A program made the position numbers and the translations under genes. The notes below the pieces were generated by a model. The model made no database searches, was not told the DNA's origin, and saw only the letters and a list, made by a program, of their open reading frames with translations. DNA of 63,059 bases, the filler included, from Perkinsus chesapeaki ATCC PRA-425 (lineage: Eukaryota > Protista > Perkinsozoa): assembly GCA_013115145.1 (NCBI GenBank). It is 6 parts of 6 records of this genome, joined end to end, with 100 filler letters (N's around TTAATTAATTAA, not from the genome) between each part and the next. Parts side by side here need not be neighbours in the genome. Positions count along the whole stretch, not along the records: positions 58,462 to 61,098 come from JAAPAO010001557.1; positions 61,199 to 63,059 come from JAAPAO010001752.1; 4 more parts are not named here. One strand, given 5' to 3'. Shown in pieces: positions 59,298 through 63,059 of this stretch. Every line of letters begins with the position of its first letter. Within the stretch, counting starts at the first letter, position 1.

Positions 59298-61098
59298 CAG
59301 GGGCGGCTCTAGGCCTATGACCACAGGGGGGCGGGAGAGGGGCGAGAGCATTCTCGTGGGGTCCGGCTTGAGAACGCAACTCGAGTCACTTTAGGGAAAT
59401 TGTCTGCCGACTCGGTAGTCCCGAGGGTTGTAAAGTTTACAATGTAAACTCGTACAGTAACAGCGACAGCAGTGTGCCCTACTTCAAAAGCATTCTCCTG
59501 TTGCACTCTGCGAAAAGATCAATTACATCATCGAGATTCAAGCTTTCAAGCCTCTCACGAGCGATATTGAGGACCCCAAGGTTCGAAAGCCTAGCATCCC
59601 CGGTAGAGTTACGCAAATAATCCATGATCCTTCGCATTGTAGAAAAACTCCTCTCGCTTGAGGCTGATGAAATCGGGAGCGAAAGTGCAATACGTAGAAG
59701 CCCCACCATGTTGGGCAAAACTCTCTCCTGCGGAAGAAGGAAAGAGTAGAAGCTACGAAGGTCTTCTGGTAAATCCTCGCCGCCCCGTTGTAGAACATCT
59801 CGCAAGAGTGCAACTTCAAGCTTCGGTGCTCTCGAAGGGGCAGACTCATCAGGGTAGTAATGACAGAAGATACCGATCAAGTCCTCCTCGTTCAAAAAAC
59901 GCGGGCTGCCTGGGGTCATGGAAAGCACGCCTTTATACACAGCTTCGTTCTCGGGAGCTTTGAACCGTCTGAAAAGCTCCCATCTGACACTTTTGCACAG
60001 TGGTATGAACATATTCTTACGAAAGTCTTCGCGGCTGACCCCGGCCTGATGGAGAACGGGCCGTGCTCTTCGCCTAACCCTTCGAGCGAGGATGGGAAGA
60101 CCAAGGTCACGAATAAGCCGATTTGCCTCATACCACAAAAGATCCCAAACTTCATCATCTTCCGTCGGCGAAGGCCTGTGCAGACGTGTGAGCGCAGCGT
60201 CTATATCGGCCAACCCTTGCGCTAGAGTGTGTTCCTTATCCTGCAAGGATTCCGCAACGTCGGCTGTAACATTCAATACCCAGCGCATAGTCACCAAGTT
60301 AACCATGAACTCTGCGTTAAGGCGTAGTCGGAGTCCCTGAGCAGTGCCACCTCTATCCCCGCCCTCTTCTTGGGGGAAGACCTCGAGGGTCTCGAATATA
60401 GCGGTAACTAAGGCACGGAACTGGCAAACCCAGCGCGTCTCGGAGAGGGACGGCACCATCCTGGGCTGCTTTCCAGGGTTGGAGTCCTGCTGGGACTTCT
60501 TGAAAACCGGATTCACGATGGAGCTGGCTAGGAAACGGTGAAGGTCTTGGCACACCTGGAAGAGTCCGGAGAACCTCTCAGCTCTGCATACTTCAACAAC
60601 CACAAGGTTCACCCTATGTGCAAAACAGTGGATATAGATAGCCGACCGAGCCTCATTGGCTCGCTCTCTGACGCGCTGGGCGACTCCGCTCACAGCGCCG
60701 CTCATGACGCTCGCTCCGTCGTAACATTGGCTAACCATGAGAGAAGGATGTATACCGACCTCACCAAGGGTGCGGAAAATCTCCTCTGTAAGGTTGGCGG
60801 CATCCAGTTTTTCGCACCGAACAAAGGCAGGGAACTCTTCTTTGATCTGCGCGTCATACATATACCGGACGCAGACGGATAGTCGCTCCGTATGAGCGAT
60901 ATCGCGAGCCTCATCGCATATGAGGCTGAAAGCACCGCAAGCAGCCACCTCGGATGCTAGACTGACGAACGAGCTTTGCTGCGCAAGCAATGAGATCATT
61001 CTGTATAGAGTGATGAGTGTATCTAGCATTCCCAGGACCATCGGAGAGCCTCTGCTTGACAACGTCATCAAAACGACTCAGCAAACGAGTCAGTTCCA
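59298..61098 (-). mobile_element. hAT-superfamily DNA transposon, 3' half: candidate TIR plus transposase, truncated by the contig end
   Basis: Candidate terminus CAGGGGCGGCTCTAGG at 59298-59313, about 165 bp past the transposase stop. The partner TIR is not in the contig. Confidence 0.8.
59479..61098 (-). CDS. hAT transposase (DUF4371/ZMYM1-like with C-terminal dimerisation domain), frameshift near 60960
   Basis: NARYTHHSIQNDLI (upstream frame), FSLICDEARD, QCYDGASVMSG, IHCFAHRVNLVV, LSETRW, LPISSASSERSFSTMRRI. Confidence 0.92.
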
Positions 61099-61198
61099 NN
61101 NNNNNNNNNNNNNNNNNNNNNNNNNNNNNNNNNNNNNNNNNNTTAATTAATTAANNNNNNNNNNNNNNNNNNNNNNNNNNNNNNNNNNNNNNNNNNNN
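61099..61198. other. Artificial contig linker
   Basis: N44-TTAATTAATTAA-N44. Confidence 0.99.
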
Positions 61199-61712
61199 GA
61201 ATAGAGCCCTGACTCACCCCTGTGTACGGCGATTTTCTCCCAGGGCACTTTGTATTTTGGCGCACCGTGCGCCGTCTCTGATAGGAGCCTCCATCTGGAG
61301 GGGTACCCCAGGAGTTATTCCAGGCGTTGCTGTCACAGCATAGTATCACATGGTGACCAGTGATGAAGTTGAAGTTGAGTCCCTCCAGGCAGTCCTCCAT
61401 CGTGATGCGACCGTCGGAGGGGCAGTAGCCAGAGACAAGTCGAAGGGTTGGATAGCGAGTACCGCAACAGTCGATGTCTATCGCCGTCCAGTCGCGACAA
61501 GCCTCGAGACCCTTGACGACTCTGAATGATATCGATTTCCGAATGAGAATAGCGCTGCGACATGGGCTCCGGGCTGACACTAGTTGCCAGCCATGAGACT
61601 CCGCCGCCAAGATGTTCCTACACTGTTCTAGTCTTGGTGGTTCTTGAATAGCAATAGCATCAGCATCTACACTAGTGACTGCTTCTTGAAATACTACAGT
61701 GCTTCTACCCAT
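61199..61712 (-). pseudogene. Second LINE ORF2, N-terminal AP-endonuclease portion, apparently internally deleted and truncated by the contig end
   Basis: (IRINQIN)MGRS..AIAIQEP..SAILI..SGYCP..ILCCDSNAWNNSWG, followed directly by an RT-like GVSQGSI motif. Confidence 0.8.
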
Positions 61713-61762
61713 ATTAATTTGATTAATTCGAATGGTACAGGGGTCGAAAGACCTGGCCTTCG

Positions 61763-62755
61763 CTAATACAGTTTAGCTAGCGGACCAAGGTCCCGCATAA
61801 CGAGTCCGCGCACTGTGGGGCAGACGCGATGGTCCGTGGCGTTGTGGGGGCCTTGACAGTTGGCACAGCGTGGCGGTCCTCCAGGGCAGGATCGGCCATC
61901 ATGCCCCTTCACTCCGCACTTGTAGCAGACTGGGTCGCGCGAGCAGGCTCGAGCGAGATGTGCCTCCCTGCCAATAGCACAGCAGTTGTAGCACATAACT
62001 TTGCGGTGCCGAAGTTCGGGCTTGAGAAGTCGCCAGCCCACCTTTACACCAGCCGTGAGGATCCCTTCAACTGAGTCTCTGCGTACTCTGACGAACGCAT
62101 TGAGACCTTTCTTGTACACCGATGTACAGCTGTCCCCAATAGAGTTGCGAAGCTCCTGCTCAGTGATCTCGCCCACCTCCCTGATGAAAAGCTCAGGATC
62201 CACTGACCCTAGAACCTTGGCTTGATAGCCGAGGTCTTTGGCGGCCTCACTTGCACGAACGCGATCCCCGTCGGATACACGAATACCAAGCCTGTCATCC
62301 TTCGCGAAGAAGCTGTCCGTAACAACTGTTTCTGCCTTCTTGCCCACCTTTGTGACGATCTGGATGCGACGCTCCGTGCTCTTGTCCGAAGGACTAATAT
62401 CGCCACCTGTGAGCCAAATTAAGGCCCCATCCTTGCAGGTGTCTCTAGGTGAGGGGCGTGTCAGTAGTGAATTCCCATAGTCAGAGGGTGGTGGAGTTGC
62501 AGCAGCCTTTGCCTTTGACAGATCATCCTTGAGAGCTGAGTGATCTTCCAGCAGACTGATAAGCCTCCCTTGGGCTTTAACCAAGCCTTCCTGGCACCCA
62601 GTATATAGGTTATGCAGATCCTCCAGCAGATCGCGAACCTCCTGCTTCTTAGCCACCCCCATCGAGGAGGCGCCACAGACAGCCATAACCTTTTCTTTGA
62701 TCTCCACGAAACCAGGAGCACTGACGTCCGGAGCGGTGTTGGTGGTGTTGGTCAT
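61763..62755 (-). CDS. Second LINE ORF1 (coiled coil plus three zinc knuckles)
   Basis: CYNCCAIGREAHLARAC, CYKCGVKGHDGRSC, CANCQGPHNATDHRVC. It directly precedes an APE ORF. Confidence 0.88.
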   Translation of the reverse strand: MTNTTNTAPDVSAPGFVEIKEKVMAVCGASSMGVAKKQEVRDLLEDLHNLYTGCQEGLVKAQGRLISLLEDHSALKDDLSKAKAAATPPPSDYGNSLLTRPSPRDTCKDGALIWLTGGDISPSDKSTERRIQIVTKVGKKAETVVTDSFFAKDDRLGIRVSDGDRVRASEAAKDLGYQAKVLGSVDPELFIREVGEITEQELRNSIGDSCTSVYKKGLNAFVRVRRDSVEGILTAGVKVGWRLLKPELRHRKVMCYNCCAIGREAHLARACSRDPVCYKCGVKGHDGRSCPGGPPRCANCQGPHNATDHRVCPTVRGLVMRDLGPLAKLY

Positions 62756-62765
62756 TTCGTTTCAG

Positions 62766-62830
62766 AGAAAGAACGAAAACAGATACTAGAAAGAACGAAA
62801 ACAGATACTGGAAGAACGAAAACAGATACT
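62766..62830. repeat. Three 21-22-bp tandem repeats (AGAAAGAACGAAAACAGATACT) in the 5' UTR of the second LINE
   Basis: Units at 62766, 62788 and 62810, 10 bp upstream of the ORF1 ATG. Confidence 0.9.
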
Positions 62831-63059
62831 ATAGTAGGAGGCAATACCATAGTACGGCTACTTGCAACTCACTTAATAATAAGCCACAACAATATCATAC
62901 TCAATACTATCCAACTCAATATCATATTGACAATATGCAGTTTCTTGCTCCTTTTCTCACTTGATGTGTGGGCCACTCAGGGTGACTGTCCCTTTACCAA
63001 CGTATTCTTGTGTATCTTCATCTTTAGTACTAGCATACCGAATGAAGTTCCGTTGTGTT

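Noticed and set aside
50507-60935. Numerous 60-195 aa ORFs overlapping or antisense to the LINE and hAT genes
   Set aside because: They are shadow ORFs expected in GC-rich coding sequence and have no independent motifs.
27636-61198. Five identical TTAATTAATTAA motifs flanked by N runs, and apparent gene neighbourhoods across them (for example tRNA-Gln next to SepSecS)
   Set aside because: These are artificial six-frame-stop linkers joining unrelated contigs, so cross-linker synteny has no biological meaning.
1-63059. Dinoflagellate/Perkinsus spliced-leader sequence (CCGTAGCCATYTTGGCTCAAG), rRNA genes and SECIS elements
   Set aside because: I saw no convincing match by eye on either strand. 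An exact-match search and an Infernal scan would be needed to exclude them.

Overview
This is a eukaryotic, intron-rich sequence. The compact multi-exon genes with ~43-55 nt GT-AG introns and the paralogous secreted subtilisins suggest an alveolate such as Perkinsus; that assignment is inference, not a database result. The window is not one locus: it is six contigs joined by artificial 100-nt linkers (N44-TTAATTAATTAA-N44), so adjacency across linkers means nothing. Contig A (1-27635) is gene-dense: subtilisin, LRGUK/LRRC23-like LRR protein, choline/ethanolamine kinase, NSUN2/Trm4, Deg protease, a probable UIM+OTU-like peptidase, two TUTase/non-canonical PAP genes, a Mei2-like RRM protein and tRNA-Gln. 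Contig B (27736-35791) carries SepSecS. Contig C (35892-47446) carries a TPR protein, an enoyl-CoA hydratase, a tail-anchored E2 and a second subtilisin. Contigs D-F are rich in mobile DNA: a near full-length APE-RT-RNaseH LINE, a 744-bp miniature LTR element, a hAT transposon and a second LINE. The most interesting signals are: (1) about ten direct-inverted-direct 6-8 bp micro-repeats that look like hairpin-resolved hAT excision scars, two of which frameshift genes; (2) a complete TRIM-like element with a tRNA-Gly-type PBS, PPT and 4-bp TSD; (3) many oversized introns containing exon-like fragments of unrelated genes; (4) an unannotated OTU-like enzyme and a membrane-anchored E2. All exon structures were deduced by eye and need RNA-seq confirmation.
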